Positions 20,777 through 35,045 of a DNA stretch of 64,000 nt are shown piece after piece. The first letter of the stretch is position 1; every line of letters begins with the position of its first letter. A program made the position numbers and the translations under genes. This DNA is from Squalus acanthias (taxonomy: Eukaryota), in contig CM059433.1 in NCBI GenBank assembly GCA_030390025.1, forward strand, positions 26,228,001 through 26,292,000, written 5' to 3'. The notes below the pieces were generated by a model that was given only the letters and a program-made list of their open reading frames with translations, did not search any database and was not told where the DNA came from.

Positions 20777-21345
20777 TTTTTTTAATTCATTCATGGGATG
20801 TGGGCGTTGCTGGTAAGGCCAGCATTTATTGCCCATCCCTAGTTGCCCTTGAGAAGGTGGTGGTGAGCTGCCTTCTTGAACTGCTGCAGTCCATGTGGTG
20901 AAGGTACTCCCACAGTGCTGTTAGGGAGAGAGTTCCAGGATTTTGACCCAGCAACGATGAAGGAACAGCGATATATTTCCAAGTCAGGATGGTGTGTGAC
21001 TTGGAGGGGAACTTGGAGGTGGTGGTGTTCCCATGCGCCTGCTGCCCTTGTCCTTCTAGGTGGTAGAGGTCGCAGGTTTGGGAGGTGCTGCTGAAGAAGC
21101 CTTGGCGAGTTGCTGCAGTGCATCTTATAGATGGTACACACTGCAGCCACAGTATTTCGGTGGTGGAGGGAATGAATGTTTAAGGTGGTGGATGGGGTGC
21201 CAATCAAGCAGGCTTCTTTGTCCTGGATGGTGTCGAGCTTCTTGAGTGTGGTTGGAGCTGCACTCATCCAGGCAGTGGAGAGTATTCCATCACACTCCTG
21301 ACTTGTGCCTTGTAGATGGTGGAAAGGCTTTGGGGAGTCAGGAGC
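20777..21345 (-). mobile_element. 3' fragment of a CR1-Zenon-like (CR1/L2 group) LINE
   Basis: WMSAAPTTLKKLDTIQDK...SLHHRNTVAAVCTIYK...SKSWNSLP...FKKAAHHHLLKGN followed by a short 3' UTR and A-rich tail. The subclade assignment is tentative. Confidence 0.75.
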
Positions 21346-21819
21346 TAAGTTTCTGGTCAATGGTGACCTCCCAAGATGTTGATGGGGGATTTTGCAGTGG
21401 TAACTTTCTTAAAAGAACCTGGGCCTAAAATTCCTGGACATGGGAGGCACAATGGGAAGGTTCACCAGTTCTGCTGGGTCTCCATCCCTTTTTTTCTCTG
21501 AACGAGAAATTCTGACGGGGCGGGGAGGAAGGTGGGTGGGCACTTGGAGCCCCAGTCCTGACATCAGAAGAGGAGACGTGACTGGCGAGGTGGTGTCACC
21601 AGCTAGAAATCCTGTCAACTCCACCTCCTTAGCCCCAATGTCGGGGTGGGCCCATAATACCGGTTTCCTAACGGTAATCAATCTAAGAGAGTGGTTCATG
21701 CATGATGTACCCCTTTTTTTTTAAATCCTGCAATCTTCAGCTTCAAAGAGCCAAATGGCCTCCTGTATGATTCTATGACTTGCAGATATTTGACCAGTCC
21801 CCTAAGGACCTTCTTGAAA

Positions 21820-22200
21820 GGATACAGTAGAGAGCAACCAGAATGATTGAGAGGATGGAGGGATTGGATTGAGGAGAGATTCCGAAAATTGGGCATGTTC
21901 GCAGTGGAAAAGTGAATGTTGAGAGGTGAAATGATTGCTGATTTTAGGATTCTAAAGGGACTGGATAATGTAGACCATGACAAGCTGTTTCACCTTGTCC
22001 AGAACAGCAGAACCAGAGGACACGGCCTGCGGTGGAAGGGGGAAAAATCAAAATTAAGCTGCAGAAACAATATTTCAGTGAGCAAGTGGTCAATCTATGG
22101 AACAGGCTCCCTAGGGAGAGGGTAGAAGCAGTTAGTATTGATTCATTCAAATGCAAATTGGATATATTTCTTTCAAAAAATAATATTTTGGGATGCAGTA
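21820..22200 (+). mobile_element. Old CR1 fragment
   Basis: LRGEMIADFRILKGLDNVDHDKLFHLVQNSRTRGH. Confidence 0.65.
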
Positions 22201-25125
22201 TGTAAGTACATTGAGACATGACATGGTAAGTGTAGCATGCCTGTGAGGGCAAAGGTGACTTTGAACCTATGGTTGCCAAAAGTCTCCACCACTGGGGTTT
22301 TCCTCACCTCATGTCTGGGTCTGTTGTAGAATAATTGATTGAGATTGATTGCTAGGATTTGTCAACAACTCCAGTATTGTTGTATCAGGCGACTACCATG
22401 GTAGAAGGCGAACTAGATGGACCGTGGTCTTGGTATTTTTTTGGTGTAACAGTTCCTATGTTCCAGTCCACAGGGCCAGCCTTTCTGAGTCCCTTTTGCT
22501 TCAGTGCCCAACAAACGCTTTAAATGGAAACAAAGACAGGAGGCCGGAAATACCCTCTCTACCTGGCATGCACGTTCTGTAAGGCTATTCCCACATAGGA
22601 AAACCCTGGCAATCCCAGGGTAGTGTTAAAGGAGCAGAGACCCAGCAACTCAGCTCTCCACCCCTTTTTCCTGGCCCTTGCTCTCGCAGAATGCTTAGTT
22701 CCTGGATGCAAAGACCAGGAAATTCAGCCCTAAGACGTTTAAGTCTTTCTGCAGCAAAAGAAAAGAAATGCTTAACAAACAGTAATGAGTTTAACATGTT
22801 TACTAAATTGATCAGAGTAAACAATAAAAATTACATGGTCGATACCAAAAATAATTAATTATACAATCAGCCAATTAATCATGCCTATTGTCTTGAAGGA
22901 TCTTTCCTTGGCATGCATGTGCTTAAAGTAAAAATGGAAATGATAGAAATACAGACAGCAATGTGGAATGTGTACATAAGAATGTGATTCATGACTGTAT
23001 TTGGACAGTCTGGCTGACAAGCTTTGAAAGATCATTGTTTTGACTGTCACTTGCTTCTAATATCTGTCAATAAATTTACTAAAAATCTTCACTTTTTTTG
23101 CATGGGCTTTCATTTCATGTATAACCATGGCAGAATTTATTTGTGAAAGTACTTCTAAGGAAACCCATACTCTTTCATTTCTTCTCCAGTTCTTTGCAGG
23201 GTGCTTAAACAAACTAAGGCTATTTGTACCATAATCTCTTTGTAAAGTTACATTGATACACGTTCATATAACACAGATGTTCATTTTATTTCCACTTTCT
23301 GACAAGGAAGACAGTTCAGGCCAAAATTCTCTATCTGCTTTTAATAATGTTAGATTTACTACATGATTGCTAATAATAAGTCTTCATTTTCAGGATTATC
23401 TTCATTTTCAACAACGCACGACAATCTATAACTAAAGGATTTGCTGAGAGCCCAGTTCTAAAATACCTGTAGTAAAAACGCAACTCACCCTACAAAGCAG
23501 CAGGATAATTTTGACAGTGCAAGTAACCATTAACTATAAAAATTTGATACTCAGGCACTTACTTCTTTTCCTACTTCAAACCATGCTCGAGAAATGCAAA
23601 TAATTAATTTTATACCATTCCCAGCGGATTATTTAGAGTGAGGTACAAGGCTTCATATATTTCACAGTAAACATTATCTACCCAAATGGATTTTTTTCCC
23701 CCTGGAATCTTCAAAGATTAAACAATCTACACATCAGTATGTTTACCACATGTCCATTTTATTACCATGAGACTGTTGGAGATGTTTTCCAAGTACTTTT
23801 ACTGAGCCAGATGTCACAGATCCCAGAGTGAAGTGAAATTAACGCAGTAGCCTTCACATGACCTCAACTCTATGTTTGCTTTATCAACCAGCAGTGTTAA
23901 AGTATACAGGGCAGTTCTTGCTGAATATCCTCATTCTAAGGCCACTTTGCCAGCAATTACCAAAACTGCTGACTTTGTTGAACGGTGGATCTACAGCAGT
24001 ACCTCATGTGATTTCTCTCACTTTGGGCTTTTAATTGCTGTTTGCATTGGCAAAGAAAATGCACCGGGTCTGGTTTGTGCTCTGTACTTCCGGTCCTTGC
24101 TTTCACTAACATTAGCATAGGATATTGTACTAGGCACAAGTTGTGTTGTGTAAACATAAACCAGTAATTTATCCTGTCACTCTACAAAGGTTCAAGCTCT
24201 AATTGCATGAGGTTGGGCGACTCAGACGAACTGTTCTCTGAAATACTTTCAACTGTTACACTCTTAGAATTATTTATTTTTCTGTGAAATTCCAACGTGA
24301 AATGAATGAACTGCAGCAGAAATTGTGGTTGGATTAATGAAATAAAATATATATTTTTTTTAAATAGCAACTATAGTAAAGTACCTTGCTGCCAAAAGAC
24401 TGTCTATCCATGTGAAAATACTATTCATATCACAAAATGCTGGCAATCTCTAGCTTACATTAACCTTTATCTCAAACTACAGGCACCATTTTGCCAATGC
24501 CTTTAACACAAATGCACAGTTTATATTATATTCTGCATTCTGGATTGCAATAATTATACTTTGTAGTTAATGATGAACAGTTGTAATTCTGTTTTAACTC
24601 CCTGAATGTGGGTGGTACAGCTGAATACCCAGACCGCTCAGTTCCACATATCATAAATAGCACCCCATGCAGAGAAAATAATCTTTGCAAGGCGATCACT
24701 GGCTGTATATATAATTTTACATACTTACTTCTTTAATTACATGGTCCACACAAGTACAGTGGCCACAGATCTACCTTCTGCTTACTGATAGACTCAAGCC
24801 TCCTCATTACAAACTTGTGGGACACAGTAAAATGGTTCTTGTTTAAGGATTCATTAGGGGCTGATGCTTGAGGTCCCATTTTGACTTTAATTCAGACCAT
24901 GAAGAAGTTGCCAAGGTTCTTAATAACAGAGTGTGTTTTGATGAAGTTTCACTCTTTTTTCCTTTCAATTCCAATCCAACATAGGGCAAGCCATGATCTT
25001 GTTGCAGAAGAATTTATATCGTAACTTTCCTCCGCTCCCCGCCTCTTCTTAATACTTGTTGCTGGGGTAGTGTTCCATGAGCACCAGGTGCACTTTGGTA
25101 CCTGACCGAACTGGCTATGCTTCAT

Positions 25126-25774
25126 GGGGGAAGTTTTAACCCCCACACCAGGTTGGGGGGTGGGCTTAAATTGGTAAAAATTTGAAACACGGCCCTAACC
25201 CGCTGCGAAAGTGCCTACTTGCGGTTTAACCGCAGCGGGTTTAGGGCGTTTGAGTAACCCTCTCTGGAGAGGCGGGTCAGGGATTATAATATTTAAACGC
25301 GGCTCCGTTCCTCAGTTTTTGGGAGCCATTTAAATTTAACGGCTGCGGGCTGGGTTTCCCAGAGCTCAGGAAACACAACAGCTAAGGGGAGGCGGGAGCT
25401 GCCAGATCCAGCGGGTAAGTGCTTTTCCTGCACCGCTTGTGGGCCAGGAGGAGCAGGAGTGCTTCCCGCCAGCCCCTCAAGCAAGCCTTCTGCTGAGATC
25501 TCTGCCCGCCCCCCCCCCCCGTGCGATCTCTCCCCCCACGATCTCTCCCACTCTCTCCCTCCTCGCTGCCACGCGCCAAGCTCCCGCCCCTCCCACCAAC
25601 TCCCGATCTTCTCCAATTGCCGAGGACCATCCCCAGCGGAAACGGAGTAATAAAATTCTAACGAGGTCCTGCCATTAAATTGGGCAGGACCTCCGCCTTC
25701 CCGGTATTTCCAGGTTTCCCGGCCGCAGACACACGTCCACGCTCCCTCCCGCCTCCCCATAAATATCGGGGGCC
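25126..25774. mobile_element. GC-rich non-autonomous element, probably Harbinger-type
   Basis: Sharp GC/CpG island in AT-rich DNA with imperfect termini GGGGGAAGTTTTAA / ATAAATATCGGGGGCC. Its left end resembles 55937-56040. Confidence 0.5.
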
Positions 25775-27451
25775 AAGTGTTTGCCGATGTGTGTTGGCAA
25801 ATTTATCCACCTGTATTCAGCAGCCATGCTTAAACCTGCCCTCACTTGATGTCCACATTTCCAGCAGGGGTATCTGGATATTAATCAGTAGTGGAAGCCC
25901 TGGTTGACTTGCCTCTTGCTAACCTATGGGCACTGAAGCCAAATGCAGCACCTGTACCATCACCCAAGTTGATAGCAGCAAATGTAGTACAGGCTAGGAA
26001 TTGAACTGGGACCTCCCTGGTTTATATGCCTCATTGAGACATCAAGGGAGGTCCATTTTCAATAGTGACTAAAGTTAATTCCAATCTAATCAAAAGCAAC
26101 AGCAAACTATTTAATAAAGAGGGACTGGTAGAAAAAGAAACATGAGTCTGACTTTTGAAGGCAGTAATTATTATTTTTTCACTGGCTTTGTCTTGTAAAA
26201 ACATAATTGATGTTCTTAATCTTTGATAAATGTTGCCTGTGAACACAATCTAACTGAAATGACATTTGAGGTCAACATTTCCTGTTATTTCAGTATCACC
26301 CAAGCTATAGTTTTTTTCAAAAATAATAATAATTATATGTAGGCACCATATTGTGTATTGCTGCTGGATACATTTTTCAGAACTTTTCTCAAATTTAGAT
26401 GTATGGATTTTCCCACACCTAGGGACAGGAAATAGCTGCAGAAAAGTGTATTGCTGGGTCTCTATCCCACTTGTGTATTTAAGTCCCAAGTAAATGACAT
26501 AGGAATGATATAATAATGCTGCGCATGTCACTTTGTGGGGATACCACTGGGCAGAGGCTAGCTCTGAAGATCTCCCATCAGAAACTGGGTAGTCATAGGG
26601 GCTCCATAGGTGTCTTAAGATTGGAGAATGTGTAACAGGGCAGCCAGCAACTTCCTCTTACCTCAGGTATAGCCATTTTAGCTGTTCTTTGGCTCAGGAT
26701 GGCTGCACTATGGAGGTAGAGGCCATTTGGGCTGCAGTTTACACTGTAAATTTTTGTCACTATGGGGTAAAGGAAGGTTGTGCGCTACTGCCCCTTTAAG
26801 GCCCCCACTCTGCCCACCCCCGATCTGGACTGAGCAACAGTTCCGAGGAGGTAGTCTCACTCAGCACTCAGTCCAGAAGCACATCTGAGACCATCAGAGG
26901 TCAAGGCAGCAGCATCCAAAAGATGCACTGCCCGACTTATGTTGGGACGAGAGGGGGAGGAAAATAGGCTCATAATTCTCAGTTCAGACAGATCTTCATT
27001 CTATACTTAGCTTCCTGATGAAAGCAACTAATCAGTTCAGGTAACAGGAAAAGCTTGGCTACAAATTAGTTTTCCAAAAACTGGCATACATACACGGTAT
27101 TAAGGTATGCTTCAGGGTAGATGGCATTCCTCAGGAGGCACTTGTCCCAACATACAATTAAATATGGAAGCTAATTGCAGCCTGTCTCATTGCTGTTGCT
27201 GCCCAGTTTTGAAAAGCCTTCAATTGAAGATCCAGCTGCTGTTTCTACTTTGGATTGTATGCATTCTGAGACTTACAGATTTGAGGGCTAAATTGAAAAA
27301 CTACACAACCATCTCTGTACTGTTGCCACTGGGAGAGGTACAGAAATCGTGTTAGGGGAAAATTATAAAGTGGTTAGTTTGCAAAGCTTTCCTTTGAATG
27401 TATGCAATATCAAAAATCAGGCTACCTCATAATGCATAATTTGAATGTTCT

Positions 27452-28020
27452 ACAACAACAACAGCAACAACAACTTGTACTTATATAGCGCCTTTAACGT
27501 AGTAAAACGTCCCAAGGCACTGCACAGGAGTATTTTAAGACAAAAAATTTGACACCGAGCCACATAAGGATAAATTAGGGCAGGTGACCAAAAGCTTGGT
27601 CAAAGAGGTAGGTTTTAAGGAGCGTCTTAAAGGAGGAAAGCTAGGTAGAGAGGCGGGGAGGTTTAGGCAGGGAATTCCAGAGCTTAGGGCTGAGGCAACA
27701 GAAGGCACAGCCACCAATGGTTGAGTGATTATAATCAGGGATGCTCAAGAGGGCAGAATTAGAGGAGCGCAGATATCTCAGGGGCGTTGTGGGGTTGAAG
27801 GAGATTACAGAGATAGGAAGGGGCGAGGCCATGGAGGGATTTGAAAACAAGGATGAGAATTTTTAAATCGAGGCGCTGCTTAACCGGGAGCCAATGTAGG
27901 TCAGCGAGCACAGGGGTGATGGGCGAACAGGGTTTGGTGTGAGTTAGGACACGGGCAGCCGAGTTTTGGATGACCTCAAGTTTACGTAGGGTGGAATGTG
28001 GGAGGCCAGCCAGGAGTGAG
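27452..28020 (-). mobile_element. L2 LINE 3' fragment with (TTG)n tail
   Basis: RYLRSSNSALLSIP...GCAFCCLSPKLWNSLP; nearly the same as 37137-37620. Confidence 0.8.
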
Positions 28021-28430
28021 TTATCTCTTATATAGCATCATTAATCTTTCATCCTGACTCAAGGTAACATTTAAAGATATTGGGCTAGAAATTCATTATA
28101 GCCAAGGAATGGGCAGTGTTTAGACTAAAAATGGTTAAGTAGTGACAGTTGAAAATCGTCTAGACTGCATGCAAAATTCATCCTCACTCCTCATTAAAAT
28201 GATTGCCGTCATGATTCACATCTAAAGCTCATTGGTGTCACACTGAAAAGATGGGCCAATATCGGGGGCAGTCTAAACGCAAGTAATGATTGCCACAGGC
28301 TTTTTTCACTACTTAAAGGGGAGGTTCATTGATGCTGCAGCACCTCATTCTCAGCATTGTTGGGTGTGCAGCTGCCTCAACAACCATAAGAAGATGGACA
28401 ACGAGACGGAGCACTTATTTACAAATCCTG

Positions 28431-28669
28431 ATGGCAGATCACCGGCCCAAGGAGAGAGCCCGGGGGTTTTCCAAGGAAGCTTTGGAGGCACTGGTTTTAG
28501 CGGTAGAGAGAAGGCGGGCGGTCCTGTACCAACTGGCAGGAGGCTCTCGCCACAAGTCTGCCGGACTATGTGGAGGGAGGTGGCAAACCACGTCATGGGC
28601 AGCACTGTGGTCCCCAGGTCCCACACCCAGTGCAGGAGGAAGTTTAACGAGTTCACATGGGTGGTGAGG
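28431..28669 (+). pseudogene. Myb/SANT exon 1 of Harbinger accessory gene (frameshifted)
   Basis: MADHRPKERARGFSKEALEALV..V..RRAVLY / WREVANHV...PRSHTQCRRKFNEF, then a gtgagt donor. Confidence 0.8.
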
Positions 28670-29029
28670 GTGAGTGAAGACTTCAACAAATGCTTCATAC
28701 CACCATATGTATCACAAGCTTCACACACTGCTGAATGTACCACACCCCCAGCACTCACCCACCAACAATCTCTACCTAGCAACACTCACACCCACATCTC
28801 ACGTCTTGCACACAATGACAGCTATTCAACTATGGCAGGCACAAGGGTTATTAGTTATTAGAATTCATGTGATATGCGTGATATGTTTATAGATAAATTT
28901 ATTAATGGTGTTTGGAATACTTTGTGGTCTCTCTCATTTCACCTTTGCACCCAGGAGGACGCTGTGAAATGGCGTGAGACAGGGATGATATGATGGGGAC
29001 GTGGTGAACAACAGGGATCCGGGGTTTCA

Positions 29030-30184
29030 TTCATTTGAATCACAGTCTGATGAGCCAGTCACAGACAGCCCGTCCGGGAGGCCGACTGTCTCGCTGCCTC
29101 CTCCCTCCCTCCTCTTCCTCCTCGTCCTCCTCCTCCTCTGCCTCGTCCTCTTCCTGAGGTGGTCACGCAATCCTACTGGCAAGGGCTGCGCCCTCATGAT
29201 GGCCAAGTTGTGGAGCATGCAGCAGACCATCATGAAATGGGACACCCGCTCTGGCGAGTACTGGAGGGCTCCTCCTGAGCGGTCAAGGGAGCGGAACCGT
29301 TGCTTCAATAAGCCGATGGTCTGCTCGATGATCTTCCTGGTGGCAGCATGGCTCTCAATATATGAGTGCTGGGCACAAGTGTTGGGGTTGCAGAGGGGAG
29401 TCATGAGCCAGGTGGAGAGTGGATAGCCCTTGTCTCCGAGCAGCCACTCTCGATCTTGATGTGGTGGCTGGAAGAGTGCTGGTGTAGGATGAAGGCATCG
29501 TGGCTGCTGCCAGGATAGCGGGCATTGACATTAAGGATTCGCTGTCTGTGGTCACATGCCAACTGCACATTAAGTGAGTGGTAGCCTTTGCGGTTACGGA
29601 GGATCTCAGGATTGTTATGCAGCGCCCTCAAAGCAACGTGGGTGCAGTCGATGGCATCCTGCACCATGGGGAAGTCTGCTATCCTGGCAAAGCCACATGC
29701 ACACTCATCCTGCTTCTCTCTGGTGATCGGGAATTCAATGTAGTCCCTTCTCCTACTGCAGAGAGCCTCAGTGACCTCCCAGATGCAGCGATGGACGGCG
29801 AACTGTGATATGTTAGCTATGTCTCCTGTTGCAGATTGGAAGGATCCACTGGCGAAGAAATTGAGGGCCACAGTGACCTTGACTGCTACTGGGAGAGCCG
29901 TGGTCGCCCTGGTCTGAGGCTGGAGGTCTGGTTGCAGGAGGTGGCAGAGTTCTGTGACCACCTCCTTAGTGAAGCGATGACAGGTTGAGGGGGCGTACAC
30001 TGCTCCTCGCTTAATTGAAGGTAGGAGAAGTGATGTCGGAAGACCTAGGTGGGTAAGGCCTCCTGTTGAGAGCCCTGATGGCCCTCCTCCTCCCTCTGCG
30101 CACATGTTCCTACCTTTCTCGCTGCCTTCGTTCCCTCCGCTGTAGATCCTGGAGGGCGAGGTCGACTGCTAGTACAGCCCTCAT
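29030..30184 (-). pseudogene. Harbinger transposase, full length but with stops and frameshifts
   Basis: LNFFASGSFQ, AIDCTHVAL, NRKGYHSLNVQ, YPGSSHDA, IEQTIGLLKQRFRSL, CCMLHN. Confidence 0.9.
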
Positions 30185-31129
30185 AAATTTTAGCAAGTGT
30201 TGTACTTTGAAGCCTTTCAAAAATAATGAGTGAGTTTTGTACTTGCCACAACACTCCCTGATACCAAAGAACCTTGAAATGACGAAAGAAATCTCTTGCA
30301 GTAGCAGGAATTAGCACATAGCCACTCAAACTGCAAAACCCTGACAGGTGCGAGTGATTGGTGATGATCCCTTTAAATAGCATTGCTGGAGCCGGCTTCC
30401 TGCTGCTGTACGCCCCCGCAACCTGTCATTGCTTTCTCCAGCCAGTAAGTACATTGGCTAAAACGAAGTTGGGAGATTGGGCGTCCAGTGAGCGTTGCAC
30501 ACTCACTGACGTCACGATCTCCATCATGGCGAGCTCCCTGGTGTGTGAGGTTACTGGCAGCACTACCAGCAACACCGATATGGCGTGCACCGCTGGAACC
30601 GGCAACAGCTGTTGTTACAGCTGTCAACGGCATTTTAGCGCCATCTAACGTGAAGCCACACGGATTTCTCCCCCATTACTCCTTCTCATGTTGAAAGTAA
30701 GATAACTGGATTAAATTTGATTTTTATTACTGCAAGACTATCCTTTTGCTGAAAAATGGTTGTCTAAGTGTATGTTTGAATAGAAAAGTACCAAATATTG
30801 AACATACAGATATGGCACAAATTGGCACAATCAGAACACCATCATTGATAGAACTAAGAAGAATACACATTTTTCAGTGATATATTCTTATGAAAATGTT
30901 CTGTAAGGAATAGAATGCTTTAACCCTCAAAAACACAAGCAATTAGGAACTCTGCTGTATTATGGTGGTATTATGCTGCAATCTGTTATCAGTGAGCTGT
31001 GTAGATTAGTTCTTTGATAGTTCTGAAACTTACAAAGAAAGAAGAAAGACTTGCAGTTGCAAAGTAGAGAACTGGAGGGTTGCAAATGTTACACCCCTCT
31101 TCAAAAAAGGGGTTAATGTCTTTCAACTT

Positions 31130-31770
31130 TTAAAAAATTCGGATTTGCGCTCCAGGAAGGAAGTGTGGCGCTAAATCAAGCGCTCCACTTCCTTCCTGGA
31201 GCGCAGCAGGCAGCAGGCGGGGCGGTAGGTGAGCAGCGCTGCACACTGGGCCGTGCAGCACTGCTGCGTTGGAAGACTCCTTCCTCCCTTAAAGGGAAGG
31301 GCCATCGCTGCAGGCTCTGCAAGGAACAAACTTACCTGGTCGACAACAGCCGCGATCCGGCCCGATCAGCCCGATGCACTGCAGCAGAGTGCCGGGCTGA
31401 TCGAGCGCTGGGGAAGAAAAATGAACAAAAACCAGAAAGATCATTTGAGAAATTTTTCCACTTACCTCGGCCACCTAGCCTTTAAGTATCACCCCGAAGC
31501 GCCCGGTCTCCTGATGAATGCCTCCTGCAGCTGCAGGCGGCAGAACCGAAGTTCGGGTCCGGGGCGCTACCGGGGCGATGCGCACGGCAATGACATCACG
31601 ATCTCCGGGCGAAGGAAATCAGGGCGCAATGCCATACCGCCACCACAAACCTCCCGCCGAATATAGCGGGAGTCGATCTTCTCGCTACGCCCGGTCGGTA
31701 AGTGATTACCGCCCGTTATCGCCCCTCGGAGGCGATAACAGGAGGCGCAAAGGTGCCCAATTTCTCCCCC
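31130..31770. mobile_element. Non-autonomous Harbinger-type element (left TIR damaged)
   Basis: Right terminus CCAATTTCTCCCCC at 31770. GC-rich GGCGC subterminal motifs as in the other MITEs. Confidence 0.6.
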
Positions 31771-33349
31771 TATGATTCTATGTAATGCAGTCATACAGGT
31801 AAAGGCGGTAGCCATTTTGCACCAAGCAACATAACACAAAGAATAATGAAATGAACGACCAGTTAATCAGTTTTTGGTGGTTTGGTTAATGGGAGAATTC
31901 TCAGCTCTTCTTTCCGTAATGGCATGAAACTATTAACGTTCACCTGAACTACTGGAACAAACAGATGTGATCTCATTTGACATCTCATCTGAAGCATGCT
32001 GTCTCCAACAATGCAGGAGAGCCTAAGTGGTGTACAATGAAATATATCATTTTGACTGATATTAATAACACTAATTTAATGTATGACATCAGAGGGCAAC
32101 AGCACAGAAAGCATTGTTAAAATAAAAACTTGCACTTATACAGCACCTTATCACATCTCAGAAACATCTTGCAACACTTCAAGTACAATACACTGCAGTC
32201 ACGGTTATATCAGGAAATGCAGCAAACATTTTGTACACAGGAAGATCCGATGAACAACAAGAGGGAGGAAAGTGGAGGTAACCAGGAGAATTTCCTTTTC
32301 TTCTTCAAATAGTAATAGGATCTTTAGCTCCTGAAATGGGTCCTGAATCTCACCAACCTTCTGACTTAAAGGCAAGAGTGCTACCAACTACCAAGATTCT
32401 CTATACCAGGAGAAACTCCTATATCTCCTTCCCCATGGAGAATGAAGCAGAATGAGTGAGCACTAGATTTCACCCACATGGCAGGCTTCCCCAGGGTACA
32501 AGGTCCACATGGGCTTACATACTCCCCCATCAGCAGCTTGGCATCTTTATCAATCAAAAGGGATTCCACTCCCTCAACGTACAGCTGGTTTGCAACCACA
32601 GGCAGTGCATTATGCAGGTCTGTGCCCACTATCCTGGCAGCAGTCATGACTCTTTCATTCTGCACCTTCCTCCGTGCCTCCTTTATTCCAGCCAGGCCAT
32701 CAAGCTTACAGGCTGGCTATTGGGCGACAAGGACTATCCTCTCCACACATGGCTCATGATTCCTGTCAGGAACCCGCGCACAGCTGCAGAGCTGGTCTTC
32801 GAGAGCCATACTGCCACAAGAAACATCATCGAACAAACCATCGGCTTGCCTGGACCATTTCAGAGCAGCTTTGCAGGACGCCCCTGAATGGATATCCAGA
32901 TTTGTGGTCATCTGTTGCATGCTCCATAACTTTGCCATCGTAAGGGACCAGCCCTTATTACCACCTGGGCAGCAAGGAATGCAGGCGGAGGAGAAGAAGG
33001 AGATGCATAAAGAGGAAAAGGATGATAAGAGGCATTGACCACCAGTGCAGCGGGGAGGAGGAAGAATGGAGGAGGAGAAGCATGAAGCGGAGGAGGTGGA
33101 AGAGCAGGAGCAGCATCGACCACCGGTGCCCCAAGCTGCCAGAGCTCTCAGAGAGCAGCTCATCGAAGAGCACTTCACCTGAACCATCTCTCCACTCCCC
33201 AATACACCAACGGTTCCACTATCCATACCAACAATGTCATTACTACCACCATCTGATTGCCTTCGTTCAGTCTAGCCTACGGTCTAGGTCTTCCCCTACA
33301 AATATAAACACCAACACCAAATCGAGAACAAACCACTCTATTCCACCTC

Positions 33350-33656
33350 TGTCTTTAACATTATGAAAGGGTTTGATAGGGTAGGCGTAGAGAAGATGTT
33401 TCCACTTGCGGGGGAGACCAAAACTAGGGGTCACTAATAAATCTAATAGGGAATTCAGAAGAAACTTCTTTACCCAGAGAGTGGTAAGAATGTGGAACTC
33501 AGAGATGCATTTAAGGGGAAGCTGGATAAGCACATGAGGGAGAAAGGATTCGCTGAAAGGGTTAGATGAAGAGGGGTGGGAGGAGGCTTGTGTGGAGAAT
33601 AAACACCGGCATGGACCAGTTGGGCCGAATGGCCAGTTATGTACTGTAAATTCGAT
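33350..33656 (+). mobile_element. CR1 3'-end fragment (tail continues at 35046-35062)
   Basis: Matches 4950-5318. Confidence 0.8.
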
Positions 33657-35045
33657 GGGCTAAAAATTCGGGGGCTTTATGCCACCCGTTACCGGCAAAA
33701 TGTAGCAAAAAGACGGCGGCCACCGCTCTTTTGCCAGCTGGTGGTGGGTCCCGCGGTGTCTGCCATTTTCAGAGGTCTGGAAGCGCTGCCGGTAAGAGCG
33801 ATGGCGCTGCAAATTTAAATTAGGGAGAAGTGACTTAACGTCACCTCAGCAAAGTTGGACCTTAGCGCTGAATTCAGCGCTGGGTTCTAAGCTCGCTATG
33901 AAAACACAGCATTCAGCAGACTCACAGAGGCGCTGTCAGCACCTCTTAAAGGGACAAACACATCTTTCAGGTCAGTTTGAATTTAAGCTATTGGAATGGA
34001 TTTTTTTGATTTTATTGAAGTACTGGCTTGCTGCATTACATGTTAAATGTGCAGGGAGTGCCGCTGGACTTTTGCAAGGCCTCAGATGGTAAAGGAAGGC
34101 CTCTGAGTAGACAGAAAATGCTGCAAATACTCAGCAGGTCAGGCAACATCCGTGGAGAGAGAAACAGAGTTCACATCTCAGGTCGAGATGCTGCCTGTCC
34201 TGCTGAGTATTTCCAGCATTTTATGCTATTATTTCAGATTTACAGCATCTGCTCGCAGAGGGAAGAGGAAGACACAGAAGAGGAAGAAGCCAAAGAGGAG
34301 GAAGCAAAGGAAGGATGCAACCCAGACAGCCCTTGAGGATGCATTCACTGACCTTGACCACTGGTCTGAAGTCATGAAGCTTCTTTGGGCACTGGAGCCA
34401 GGTGGTGGGGGCGACACTGCTGGCAGTGACGGCCTCGGTGATGTGTTCCCACATCCTTTTTTCTGGAGGGCCTCCTGGCCCCTGTGGGTGGAGGACTTCT
34501 CTTGCAGTGTTGACCCCCTGTACAAAGCTGGAGTGCTGCGTGCGAGACCCTGGGTTGCCCCTTCCCTGGCTTACTGAGCCGTTTGTGTTAGTGCTGAAGT
34601 ACTTTTCCCATTTTTTTGAGGTGCAGTAGGGAATTCAACTTTAAGAGCTGAAGACTCCCATTTGAGACTTTTCAATGTTAATTTTTTTTAAAGCCAGTAA
34701 GGGCTGAAAACTGCATTTTTTAACTTTATTTTTATTTTTACCAGTTCAGAAGGCATTGCCCTTTTAATGGATTGCCCTTTTAATTTCCTACAATGCCTAG
34801 TGTACTCACTGCCTCACTTCCAGAGCTGTTGGAAGATGGAACGCCATTTCTGGATGCCAACTTCGCTACCGGTACCTGCACTAACGCCACCAGGAGGACG
34901 TTACATGGTGATTTAGCGTGGGGCTGAAAAGCTTTCGACCCCAGCGCAGATTTTTCTCTCCTACTGCGCGAAAATTTTCAGTGGCCATTAACCCGAGGCC
35001 GCAGTGACACCGGCAACTTTCGTGGCAGCCACAAATGTCTAGGCC
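33657..35045. mobile_element. Non-autonomous Harbinger retaining a Myb exon-1 remnant (- strand, about 34340-34580) and a small palindromic Penelope-type insert (about 34110-34250)
   Basis: Termini GGGCTAAAAATTCGG / CAAATGTCTAGGCC. WEHITEAVTASSVAPTTWLQCPKKLHDF. Confidence 0.7.

Larger units (their letters stand above)
28082..30674. mobile_element. Harbinger transposon with both termini and ATT TSD; internal deletion removes most of the accessory gene
   Basis: ATT|GGGCTAGAAATTC ... GGATTTCTCCCCC|ATT. Contains Myb exon 1 (+) and a decayed transposase (-). Confidence 0.85.

Noticed and set aside
21421..22730. Single Harbinger MITE bounded by GGGCCTAAAATTCCTGG / CCAGGAAATTCAGCCC with nested CR1
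   Set aside because: The termini are plausible, but no TSD is evident and the interior is too fragmented to support one element.
22740..24950. AT-rich repeat-poor block as a conserved enhancer or hidden exon (also 46000-48090)
   Set aside because: No coding or splice signal that I can support; conservation needs a multi-species alignment.
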